This document shows positions 37,626 through 46,192 of a stretch of DNA of 64,000 bases, piece after piece. The notes below the pieces were generated by a model, which did not search any database, was not told the origin of the DNA, and worked only from the letters and a program-made list of their open reading frames with translations. This stretch comes from Oceanispirochaeta sp. (GTDB taxonomy: Bacteria > Spirochaetota > Spirochaetia > DSM-2461). Each line of letters starts with the position of its first letter. Positions within the stretch are counted from its first letter, which is position 1. A program made the translations under genes and the position numbers. Location of the stretch: contig CAXXOA010000002.1 of NCBI GenBank assembly GCA_963666275.2, positions 1,984,001 to 2,048,000 on the forward strand. The letters run 5' to 3'.

Positions 37626-39413
37626 ATGACAGCTAACGAACTCAGAAAGAAATATATCGATTTTTTTGTATCAAGAAATCATGCAGAGATATCCGGGCAG
37701 TCTCTTATCCCGGAAAATGATCCGACCGTGCTTTTCACCACAGCAGGAATGCATCCTCTGGTTCCCTATCTGATGGGGCAGGACCATCCCGCGGGAAAAA
37801 GACTTACCGACTACCAGAAATGTATCCGTACAGGCGATATTGAATCTGTAGGAGACCCCTCCCACCTGACATTCTTTGAAATGCTTGGTAACTGGTCACT
37901 CCGGGATTATTTCAAGGAAGAAGCTCTTTCTATGAGTTATGAGTTTCTCACCTCTCCCGAGTACCTGGGGCTGGATAAAAACCGCCTTTCCGTCACTGTT
38001 TTCGCCGGAGACAAAGACGTTCCCCGTGATGAGGAAGCCGCTCAGATCTGGCGTAATCTGGGAATGCCCGAGGAAAGAATCTACTTTATGCCCCGGGAAG
38101 ACAACTGGTGGGGACCGGCGGGTCAGACAGGCCCCTGCGGCCCTGACAGTGAAATGTTCTATGATACAGGAAAAGAAGCCTGCGGAGACGACTGTAAACC
38201 CGGTTGTCACTGCGGTAAATATTTCGAAATCTGGAACGACGTATTCATGCAGTACAATAAAACAGCGGACGGGGAATACGTTCCCCTCGAGGCTCCCTGT
38301 GTTGATACGGGCATGGGTATCGAACGTACCGCTACAATGCTCCAGGGCAAGAAATCTGTCTATCAGACAGAGCTTTTCCAGCCCATCATTGGGGCTCTTG
38401 AAAAACTGACAGGTGTGACCTACGGTGAGTCTGAAGAGAAGGATATTTCCATCCGGATCATCAGTGACCATGTGAAAGCCGCAACAATGATTATCGGAGA
38501 CCCCCGGGGCGCCAAGCCCTCCAATCTGGGGCAGGGGTATATTCTCCGCCGGCTTATCCGGAGAGCTGTGAGACATGGCAAGAAGCTGGGTATTACCGAA
38601 AACTTTCTGGCCGGTATCAGCCAGGTTGTGATTGATATGTATAAAGAAGTTTATACAGAACTGGATGAAAAACGGGAACTTATCCTTTCAGAGCTGACGA
38701 TGGAAGAACAGCAGTTCAACACGACTCTCAAGAAAGGGGAACATGAGTTTGAAAAGATGCTCCCCAATCTGCAGAAGAATCCCAAAATGATCATTCCCGG
38801 CCGTCTGGCATTCAAACTCTATGATACCTACGGATTCCCTGTGGAACTGACGGAAGAACTGGCTCTGGAAAACGGTATGACCGTTGACAGGGAAGGATTC
38901 GATGAAGCCTTCAAAAAGCATCAGGAAGCCTCCAAGAAGGGCGCAGACAAGATCTTCAAAGGCGGACTGGCAGATCATTCTGAAATGACCACCCGTTATC
39001 ACACGGCAACCCACCTTCTCCATGAAGCTCTGAAACAGGTCCTGGGTGATCATGTAGAGCAGAAGGGATCAAATATCACGGAAGAAAGACTCCGTTTCGA
39101 CTTTGCCCATCATGACAAGATGACAGCTGAAGAAATTCAGGAAGTTCAGGATATTGTGAACAGGGAGATCAAAAAGTCCCATCCTGTCACTATGAAGAAC
39201 ATGACTGTGGAAGAAGCGAAAGAACTGGGAGCCAGAGCCCTGTTCTCATCAAAATACGGTGAACAGGTGAAGGTCTATTTTATCGGAGACTTTTCCATCG
39301 AGGTCTGCGGTGGCCCCCATGTGGAGAATACCTCTGAACTCGGTGAGTTTATCATCAAAAAAGAACAGTCCTCTTCCAGAGGTGTCAGAAGGATCAAGGC
39401 TGTCCTGAAATAG
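37626..39413 (+). CDS. alaS: Alanine--tRNA ligase, short form (595 aa, lacks C-Ala)
   Basis: DPTVLFTTAGM, QKCIRT, HLTFFEMLGNWS, GPCGP.SE, DTGMGIER, and editing-domain HTATHLLH...CGGPHV. Confidence 0.96.
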   Translation: MTANELRKKYIDFFVSRNHAEISGQSLIPENDPTVLFTTAGMHPLVPYLMGQDHPAGKRLTDYQKCIRTGDIESVGDPSHLTFFEMLGNWSLRDYFKEEALSMSYEFLTSPEYLGLDKNRLSVTVFAGDKDVPRDEEAAQIWRNLGMPEERIYFMPREDNWWGPAGQTGPCGPDSEMFYDTGKEACGDDCKPGCHCGKYFEIWNDVFMQYNKTADGEYVPLEAPCVDTGMGIERTATMLQGKKSVYQTELFQPIIGALEKLTGVTYGESEEKDISIRIISDHVKAATMIIGDPRGAKPSNLGQGYILRRLIRRAVRHGKKLGITENFLAGISQVVIDMYKEVYTELDEKRELILSELTMEEQQFNTTLKKGEHEFEKMLPNLQKNPKMIIPGRLAFKLYDTYGFPVELTEELALENGMTVDREGFDEAFKKHQEASKKGADKIFKGGLADHSEMTTRYHTATHLLHEALKQVLGDHVEQKGSNITEERLRFDFAHHDKMTAEEIQEVQDIVNREIKKSHPVTMKNMTVEEAKELGARALFSSKYGEQVKVYFIGDFSIEVCGGPHVENTSELGEFIIKKEQSSSRGVRRIKAVLK

Positions 39414-39416
39414 GAC

Positions 39417-39630
39417 TCACCCTTACCCCTGGATTCCCTCTCCCATGAGGAGAGGGGAAGTATGATAGATGAAAAAAATCCCCTTTACGGGGATTTTTTT
39501 TTGCCACCTGGCTTAGAGATAGCCATCCCGCTGTATGTGAAATCCCACCAACCCTCACTCCTCGATCCCCTCTCCCGTGAGGAGAGGGGAAGTATGATAG
39601 ATAAAAAAAATCCCCAAACCGGGGATTTTA
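39417..39630. repeat. Two ~70-bp direct repeats, each a REP-like hairpin plus a terminator hairpin
   Basis: CCCTCTCCC(A/G)TGAGGAGAGGGGAAGTATGATAGAT(G/A)AAAAAAATCCCC..GGGGATTTTT at 39436 and 39568. Confidence 0.9.
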
Positions 39631-39680
39631 CAGGCTGAGCTGGATGCATCTGTATTCAGAGCCGCGGGTCTCTATGCCAA

Positions 39681-39863
39681 GCCGAAGGAGTGGTCCCTGA
39701 GCGGAACCGAAGGAGTGGTCCCTGAGCGGAGCCGAAGGAGTGGTTCCTGAGCGGAGCCGAAGGAGTGGTCCCTGAGCGGAGCCGAAGGAGTGGTCCCTGA
39801 GCGGAGCCGAAGGAGTGGTCCCTGAGCGGAGACGAAGGAGTGGTCCCTGAGCGGAGCCGAAGG
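39681..39863. repeat. Tandem array of a 25-bp unit, 7 full copies plus a partial copy
   Basis: GCCGAAGGAGTGGTCCCTGAGCGGA at 39681, 39706, 39731, 39756, 39781, 39806 and 39831, partial at 39856; three single-base variants. Confidence 0.97.
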
Positions 39864-39864
39864 G

Positions 39865-41010
39865 TTAGATTTTATCTTTCAGTTCCATGACCTTGTCGAT
39901 GATTCTGTTATTCCGGATACCCAGTTTGAGAAACTGGGAGAGCAGTTCTAACGCTTCTTCGGGATCACCGATTTTCTCGTAACACTCAGCAGCCTCCAGG
40001 TAGAGTCTGTAGTTTTTCGGATCGTTGCTGATAAGGTCTTTCAGTGAGGTTATGGCGTCCTGGTAATTGCCTTTTTCCTTATTCAGAAGGGCCAGACCCA
40101 GAATGGCATAGGTATCGAACTCGATATTCAGGGCTTTTTTGTAATAGCTTTCAGCCTTGTCGTCCTCTCCCATATTCCTGTAGGCATCACCGGCTCTTGT
40201 CAGGATAACCTTGTTCTTTCTGTCCATATCCAGGATCTTGTTCCAGTAGACCAGAGACTGATCCTGCTGATTGAGACCCCGGTAGCAGTCGGCCAGACCG
40301 AAGAGGGCATAGAAGTTGCTGGGCTGTTTTTTAAGGGCGTCCAGAAAGTAGGGGACTCCCTTGTCAAAGGTTTTCAGTTTTCTGTGACAGTTGCCCAGTG
40401 AGGTGAGGACTCGGATGTCCACATGGCCTCTATTGATCTCAAGCATCCTCTCCCAGTATTTGAGAGCCTCTTTATACTCTTTGAAATCATAGTAAAGATG
40501 ACCCAGACCTATGATCGCATAGGAGTTGCTGGCTTCCATTTCCAGAACTCTCTGATAAAGTTCATAGGATTTGTCAAAGTTCCGAACCTTTCTGTAGGCA
40601 TCGGCGATCCTGGTGAGAACAGTTATGTTTTTGTCATCATGGAGAAGGTATTCCTCCCAGATATCTATGGCTCTGTTGTACTGATTCAGAGCTTTGTAAC
40701 AGTCTGCCAGACCGAAGAGGGCGTAGTTGTTTCCGGGGTGGGATCCCAGGCACTTCTGGTAGTGTGTTATGGCATCCTTGTATTTCCGTTCTTTCCGGTA
40801 GCAGTCCCCTAATCCCACAAGGGCGTAGTTGTTTTGATCGTCCAGTTCGAGAATTCTGGCAAATGACTCTTTTGCCCGGTTGGTCAGATTTTCCTTTAAA
40901 AGCTGATAGCCCCGTTTTGAAAGTTCTGAAATCTCATTGAGTACATCCTGGGGTTTTTCTTCTGGTAAACTTTTTGTCAATTCATCAATATTTAAATTAT
41001 CTTTCAACAT
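39865..41010 (-). CDS. Tetratricopeptide-repeat protein
   Basis: Repeated NYAL.GL.DCY...A...Y/W helices along the whole protein. Confidence 0.92.
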   Translation of the reverse strand: MLKDNLNIDELTKSLPEEKPQDVLNEISELSKRGYQLLKENLTNRAKESFARILELDDQNNYALVGLGDCYRKERKYKDAITHYQKCLGSHPGNNYALFGLADCYKALNQYNRAIDIWEEYLLHDDKNITVLTRIADAYRKVRNFDKSYELYQRVLEMEASNSYAIIGLGHLYYDFKEYKEALKYWERMLEINRGHVDIRVLTSLGNCHRKLKTFDKGVPYFLDALKKQPSNFYALFGLADCYRGLNQQDQSLVYWNKILDMDRKNKVILTRAGDAYRNMGEDDKAESYYKKALNIEFDTYAILGLALLNKEKGNYQDAITSLKDLISNDPKNYRLYLEAAECYEKIGDPEEALELLSQFLKLGIRNNRIIDKVMELKDKI

Positions 41011-41071
41011 TTTTATAGATCCTTTTACATAATAAGTTCCTAAATCAGTTCAAGGCAGATTGAAAAAGAAT

Positions 41072-41410
41072 TCAATCCGCCTCTTCAGAAAGCCAGGTTC
41101 TTACTACTTGAGCCATTTTCGTAACAAGAAATTCCACTTTCTGAGGAGCAGGAGCCGCTTTGTACATTCTCAATGCTTCAAGGTGACGATTGTGATTATA
41201 GTAATAATCCCCTACTCGAATCATGCCGTCGGTATAACCGATGGTGATGAAGATTTTTCCGGCTGTTTCTATATCACCCTCATTAAAAAGCTGATTCCCC
41301 TTTCGCAGGAGTTTGACTTTTCTTTCAGGTGAAAGAGCTACTCCCCCCGTATCGGGAATCTTAATGAAACCTTCCCGGGGGATGCCATCCAGAATATCTC
41401 TTCGACTCAT
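41072..41410 (-). CDS. Small hypothetical protein (TPR-like helix)
   Basis: Probable start MSRRDIL follows AAGGGAA; contains LLRKGNQLFNEGDIETAGKIFITIGY.DG. Confidence 0.75.
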   Translation of the reverse strand: MSRRDILDGIPREGFIKIPDTGGVALSPERKVKLLRKGNQLFNEGDIETAGKIFITIGYTDGMIRVGDYYYNHNRHLEALRMYKAAPAPQKVEFLVTKMAQVVRTWLSEEAD

Positions 41411-41490
41411 AAAATTCCCTTTTATTATAGGATCAAAATGTGTACTTTTCAAATAAAATTAAAAAAACGGATGTTTTTGTTTATTTTGGA

Positions 41491-42069
41491 TCAGATTACG
41501 CCTTTTGTTGACATATTCCCAGAACTGTCCCCGGCTCGCCGGAAAGCCTGAAAGAGGGCTCTTCCCAGAGATTTGAACAGGGCTTCCGCCATATGGTGAC
41601 TGTTTTCACCGTATCGGCAGATCGCGTGGATGTTCAGCCCCCCTCTGTTTGCCAGGGCCTGCAGGAACTCTTTGATCAGAAAGAAATCAAAATTTCCGGC
41701 ACTCTCCTGGGGCCATTCCGCCTGAAGAACCAGGTAGGGACGGCGGCAGACATCAATCACAACTTCCGAAAGGGCATCATCCATGGGGATCACTGAATGG
41801 CCGTAGCGTTTGACAGCTCCGGTCTCTTCGAAGATTTTCATCAGAGCATCACCCAGAACAAGACCTGTGTCTTCAATCAGGTGATGAGGATCCACCTCTA
41901 TATCGCCTCTGGCTTCCACTTTGAGGGTAAATCCTCCGTGAAAGGCCATGGCATTGAGCATATGGTCGAAAAAGGGCAGACCCGTATTGACGGAGACCTC
42001 CGGACCTCTGTGCATATCCAGTTCCAGCCGGATCGCAGTTTCTTTTGTTTCCCTGTTGATTCCCACCAT
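41491..42069 (-). CDS. hisB: Imidazoleglycerol-phosphate dehydratase
   Basis: RETKET, FFDHML, DPHHLIED, PMDDAL, NSHHMAEALFK and STKG motifs. Confidence 0.96.
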   Translation of the reverse strand: MVGINRETKETAIRLELDMHRGPEVSVNTGLPFFDHMLNAMAFHGGFTLKVEARGDIEVDPHHLIEDTGLVLGDALMKIFEETGAVKRYGHSVIPMDDALSEVVIDVCRRPYLVLQAEWPQESAGNFDFFLIKEFLQALANRGGLNIHAICRYGENSHHMAEALFKSLGRALFQAFRRAGDSSGNMSTKGVI

Positions 42070-42072
42070 GTT

Positions 42073-42690
42073 TCAATCCTCCCTGATCTGTTCAATAAAA
42101 CGGTTGATGGCTTCGTAATGAACCTTGTAATAGGCCGGATTGGCAATGAGATAGACTTTGATATCCCGGAGCTTCTGGATGACTTCCAGATTGTTGGCTT
42201 TCAGGGTACTTCCTGTCTCTACAAGGTCGACGATACAGGGCGCCAGTCCCAGTACCGGGGCCAGTTCCACGCTCCCGTTGAGTTTGATGATCTTTACAGG
42301 AACACCCTGTTCGTGAAAGTAGCGTCTTGTCATTTCCGTATAGCTTGTGGCTATGGTCAGCGGACTTTCGGATGTTTCAAAACTGAAATCCTTTTTTCCT
42401 GCCAGACTCAGGCTTGTTCCTCCGAAGGAGAAGGGCAGAAGCTTGTGGAATCTATGGCCCGACTCGTAGATCACATCTTCGCCGCAGACCCCCAGTCCGG
42501 CAATCCCGTGGTTTACATAGGTGGGAAGATCGTGGTTTTTTACAAGATAGATTTTAAGATTTTTTTCCCGGTCATAGGCGACCAGTTTTCTCTTCTCTAT
42601 TTCAAAGAAAATTCCCTTCGTTTCAAGGTGCTTCTGTACTGTATCAAAAAGTCTTCCCTTGGGCAGGGCTATTGTCAGGGGTTCTCCCAT
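42073..42690 (-). CDS. hisG: ATP phosphoribosyltransferase, short form
   Basis: IALPKGRL, GSVELAP..GLA..IVDLVETGSTLKAN; 205 aa. Confidence 0.95.
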   Translation of the reverse strand: MGEPLTIALPKGRLFDTVQKHLETKGIFFEIEKRKLVAYDREKNLKIYLVKNHDLPTYVNHGIAGLGVCGEDVIYESGHRFHKLLPFSFGGTSLSLAGKKDFSFETSESPLTIATSYTEMTRRYFHEQGVPVKIIKLNGSVELAPVLGLAPCIVDLVETGSTLKANNLEVIQKLRDIKVYLIANPAYYKVHYEAINRFIEQIRED

Positions 42691-43796
42691 TATTCGGCTC
42701 CTCCTTTCTCTCTTTCGGCCATGGCTTTTCTGTAACGCTCCGCTGCGGACATATGGCGTTTCTCCGAAAGAAGTTCCGCTCCAGTACCTGCTGTTTTAAA
42801 CTGGCTGAGTTTTTCCATCTTTCTCAGAAAAAGCGAGAATCCCACAGACGAGGCCGGCGTCTCTCCGGTATAGCCGAAATTTTCCAGGAGCCCGTCATAA
42901 CGGCCTCCCGATGCCATGGCTGTACCGCATCCATCCGTATAGGCGTTGAAGACGATCCCGGAGTAGTAGGGCAGGTCTCCGGTTTCGGAAAGGTCAATCC
43001 TCAGGGAATCTTCAAACTCCCCCAGATCCTTCCAGCCCTGATAGAGGCTGTCCAGATATTTCAGGGGTGCCTCCAGGATCCCCTCGAGCAGTTTTGACCA
43101 TGCAGGAAGGGCGGAGCGGAATTCCTCTCCTGTTCCGATAAAAAGGAGAAGCAATGTCAGTTCCTGAGCGTCCTCTTTCTTATAGACAGTCTGCAGGATT
43201 TCCAGAATCCCCTCGTGTTCCCGGTTATGGAGTCTTTTTCCCAGGTTCCGGTTCTCCTCCCTGGAAAGGGGGGCGGATACGGCCCGGAATACAGGCATGG
43301 AACCGATATGGATCCGGCTTAAAGGCAGTTTGAACTCCTTCAGGATCTGAGCCAGAAGGAACAGAATCTCCAGGTCCCCTTCTTTTCCGGGGCATCCGAT
43401 CAGCTCGCAGCCAGTCTGAAAAAACTCATGGTTTGTTATATCCTCATGATCCTGATGACGGAGGATTGAATCCCCGTAATGGACTCGGACGGGCATGTCC
43501 TCCTCCGAAAGGGTCATTCCCATCTGCCTGGCCAGAAAGAGGGTGATATCAGATCGGAGCATCATAAGATCTCCTTCTCTGTCTATCAGTTTGAAAGTCT
43601 GTTCCTCAAGTTTGGTATCCAGCAGGGGACGGTAGTTGTCATAGAAATCGAACACAGGGGTCTGAACGGGAAGGTAGCCCCAGCTTTCGGTAATGTCTTC
43701 CATATGCCTGAGAATCTTTTTATGACGGAAGGTCTCCTCCAGGTAGAGGGTTTCAGTTCCGTGAGGTATTCTCAGCAGATTGTTTTTCATTCTCAA
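42690..43796 (-). CDS. hisZ: ATP phosphoribosyltransferase regulatory subunit
   Basis: HisRS-like LRSDIT, EFFQTGCE, YYSGIVF and GGRYD motifs without an anticodon domain; adjacent to the short hisG. Confidence 0.9.
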   Translation of the reverse strand: MRMKNNLLRIPHGTETLYLEETFRHKKILRHMEDITESWGYLPVQTPVFDFYDNYRPLLDTKLEEQTFKLIDREGDLMMLRSDITLFLARQMGMTLSEEDMPVRVHYGDSILRHQDHEDITNHEFFQTGCELIGCPGKEGDLEILFLLAQILKEFKLPLSRIHIGSMPVFRAVSAPLSREENRNLGKRLHNREHEGILEILQTVYKKEDAQELTLLLLFIGTGEEFRSALPAWSKLLEGILEAPLKYLDSLYQGWKDLGEFEDSLRIDLSETGDLPYYSGIVFNAYTDGCGTAMASGGRYDGLLENFGYTGETPASSVGFSLFLRKMEKLSQFKTAGTGAELLSEKRHMSAAERYRKAMAEREKGGAE

Positions 43797-43942
43797 ATAT
43801 CTCCCTTGTATAAGCTTTCGGAAATTTCCCGTTTAAAAAGAGGATCTTTCCTATCGCTTTATGAATAAAGGGGTAAATTTATACCAGTTTTATTCATGTC
43901 CCGATTTGTATGGTGGCAGTATAGTACATTCAGCCGCTCGAT

Positions 43943-45589
43943 TCAACGCAGTTTCATGGCATAAGAGGTGAGAGCTCTTACAATCCGGTCGGCATCATCC
44001 TGACGGAGCTCTTCGTTTCGTATCGCCCAGGAGTTATTGGGGTAGGAAAGGTTCCGGATTTCCACCAGAACAGCGGCGCCGGCGGGATTCTCTGAGAGCA
44101 CCCGGAGCTCCTGGGGGTGCGTATAGGAACCCATTCCCAGGTAGGCTGTCATAAAATCGGCCATCTCCTGGGATTCTGTCCCGGCGGCTTCGGGATGGTA
44201 GACCACTATGGACCCTTCCCCCGCATAGGGCTGGTTATCCGCATGGATGCTTATAAACAGGGTTTTGTCCCTGTCATGGGACCCGTAGAAGTCTTCCGCC
44301 ATCTCCACGCGGCGGTTCAATCCGGTTCGTGTTCCCACAGGCCAGCTGGAGGGGAGGTTGGTTCTGTTATAGGATTCATTGTTCCAGACCTCATTTTTTT
44401 CGTTCACAAAGGTCAATGAAGCATCGGGAGACTGTCTTATCGTATGGTTGGGGCTCAAAACCGTGAGGAACACTTCCGCTCCATGGCGTTTGAGATCCTT
44501 ATACACCCGCAGAGCAATATCATAGCAGTATTCATCTTCCACCACATAGACCGTATTACCCCGGCCGTCCCTGTTTTCGACGATCGCGCCGGGATCCACA
44601 CCCCCGTGTCCTGGATCAATCACAATCCTGTAACCCTCCAGGGAGTGTCCCAGAGAAGGGAGAGTCTCGATGGCTCTGTCAAAATCATTGAGGAGTTCCC
44701 GGGCTTTCCTGTAATTGGCCAGTGGACTCTCCAGATCTTCTTCCGCATAGAGGCTGTCGGGCTGGGTGCGTTTCCGGGTGGGCAGAGCATAGTAGAGAGG
44801 AGGAGAGTAGTTCAGAGCGGCAAGGCGGACTTCGGGTATCACTGTTTCTGCCTCCTGAGGGCCTGCACTCTCCTCTTCGGTGGTTTCCTCTTCCAGTACG
44901 AGGGGGTAGAGCTGCAGGGTCTGTCCGACCCTTATGTTTTCGTCCTGCAGATTGTTCCACTCCTGCAGGCTCTTCATGGTGATATTGTAACGGTTTGAAT
45001 ACTTCCATAGGGAATCTCCCGGACCTACTGTGACAGTCTGGGGCCGGGGATCGGTTAGATCCAGAATCTGTCCCGGATGAAGGTAGGGCTCTCCCAGGCT
45101 GTTTATCTGTTTCAGTCTTTCCACCGAGAGGTTGAATTTCAGGGATATCCAGGAGAGGGTGTCTCCCTCCCGGACAGTCCATGTTTCGTTTTTCAGGGGC
45201 GGCCGGATCAGTTCCAGAATCATCCCGGCTTTCAGTTCCTCCGGGGTGATCCGGTTCAGAGCTCCCAGAGCGTCCATATCATTGCCTGTTGCCAGGGCAA
45301 TGCCCGAAAGGGTATCTCCGGGTTTCACAAGATAGGTTCCCGGATGTGCGACGGGAATCTTCAGGATCTCCCCTTCAATCAACATGTCCCTGTCAAGATT
45401 GTTTGCCTCTTTCAGATCCTCCATGGAGACCTGATAGCTGAGAGACAGTCCATAGAGAGTGTCTCCCTTCTCCACCTGATGAGTTACAGGTTCCGCCTGA
45501 ATCAGGAAGGGGATAAAACCCAGCAGGAATAGAAGGAAAAGTAAATAAGCCAGTACTAATTGTGTGAAGATCTGCCTGATAGGGGTCAT
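43943..45589 (-). CDS. LysM-repeat N-acetylmuramoyl-L-alanine amidase (Amidase_3)
   Basis: Four V..GD(T/S)L LysM repeats; IDPGHGGVDPGA, EDEY, ISIHAD and VLVEI Zn/catalytic motifs. Confidence 0.9.
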   Translation of the reverse strand: MTPIRQIFTQLVLAYLLFLLFLLGFIPFLIQAEPVTHQVEKGDTLYGLSLSYQVSMEDLKEANNLDRDMLIEGEILKIPVAHPGTYLVKPGDTLSGIALATGNDMDALGALNRITPEELKAGMILELIRPPLKNETWTVREGDTLSWISLKFNLSVERLKQINSLGEPYLHPGQILDLTDPRPQTVTVGPGDSLWKYSNRYNITMKSLQEWNNLQDENIRVGQTLQLYPLVLEEETTEEESAGPQEAETVIPEVRLAALNYSPPLYYALPTRKRTQPDSLYAEEDLESPLANYRKARELLNDFDRAIETLPSLGHSLEGYRIVIDPGHGGVDPGAIVENRDGRGNTVYVVEDEYCYDIALRVYKDLKRHGAEVFLTVLSPNHTIRQSPDASLTFVNEKNEVWNNESYNRTNLPSSWPVGTRTGLNRRVEMAEDFYGSHDRDKTLFISIHADNQPYAGEGSIVVYHPEAAGTESQEMADFMTAYLGMGSYTHPQELRVLSENPAGAAVLVEIRNLSYPNNSWAIRNEELRQDDADRIVRALTSYAMKLR

Positions 45590-45656
45590 ATGTTTTATAT
45601 CGCCCGATTTGGCAGGTCGGTTAAGGGGAAATTACAGGAGACGCCCGGTTAATTTG

Positions 45657-46187
45657 TCAGTCCCTGGTATAGAAGATCAGCTCAGACCGCCCGTAGCGGC
45701 GAAGATCGTATTGTCTGAAACTGCCCAGAGTCTCGGGGTAGCTCTCCTCGCCGGGGTAGTGCATTGTCAGGGTTCCTCCGGGTTTCAGCACCCCGGTTTT
45801 TTCAGCAAGCTCCAGGATCTTGAGCTTCTCCTCCATGGGAAAAGGGGGATCCATATGAACCAGGTCGTAGCTTTCGGAACAGTGTTTGAGATAGCGTTCC
45901 ACAGGCTGAAGAAAGAGTTTTATCTCTGTTTCGACCCAGGAGATGTTCTCCTGAATGGTCTTCTTCTTGATAAAGTCCTTTTCGACGAGATGCACAGGCT
46001 CGGCCCCCCGGGAGGCCGCTTCTATTCCCACTGATCCGGATCCGGAAAAGAGGTCCAGATAGGATAACCCCTCCATGGGTCCCAGTATGGAGAACATGGA
46101 TATCCTCATCCTGTCCATGGCGGGTCTGATGACTCCTTTGGGGCATTTTATGGTTCTGCCGTTGTAACGGCCTCCGGTTACTCTCAT
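45657..46187 (-). CDS. rsmD: 16S rRNA m2G966 methyltransferase
   Basis: MRVTGG, RP.MDR, LDLFSGSGSVGIEAASRGA and DPPF motifs. Confidence 0.92.
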   Translation of the reverse strand: MRVTGGRYNGRTIKCPKGVIRPAMDRMRISMFSILGPMEGLSYLDLFSGSGSVGIEAASRGAEPVHLVEKDFIKKKTIQENISWVETEIKLFLQPVERYLKHCSESYDLVHMDPPFPMEEKLKILELAEKTGVLKPGGTLTMHYPGEESYPETLGSFRQYDLRRYGRSELIFYTRD

Positions 46188-46192
46188 TTTTA

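Noticed and set aside
39681..39863. CRISPR array
   Set aside because: The units are contiguous with no unique spacers, and no cas genes are in the window.
42690..43796. Second histidyl-tRNA synthetase
   Set aside because: It lacks the anticodon domain and abuts the short hisG, so it is HisZ.
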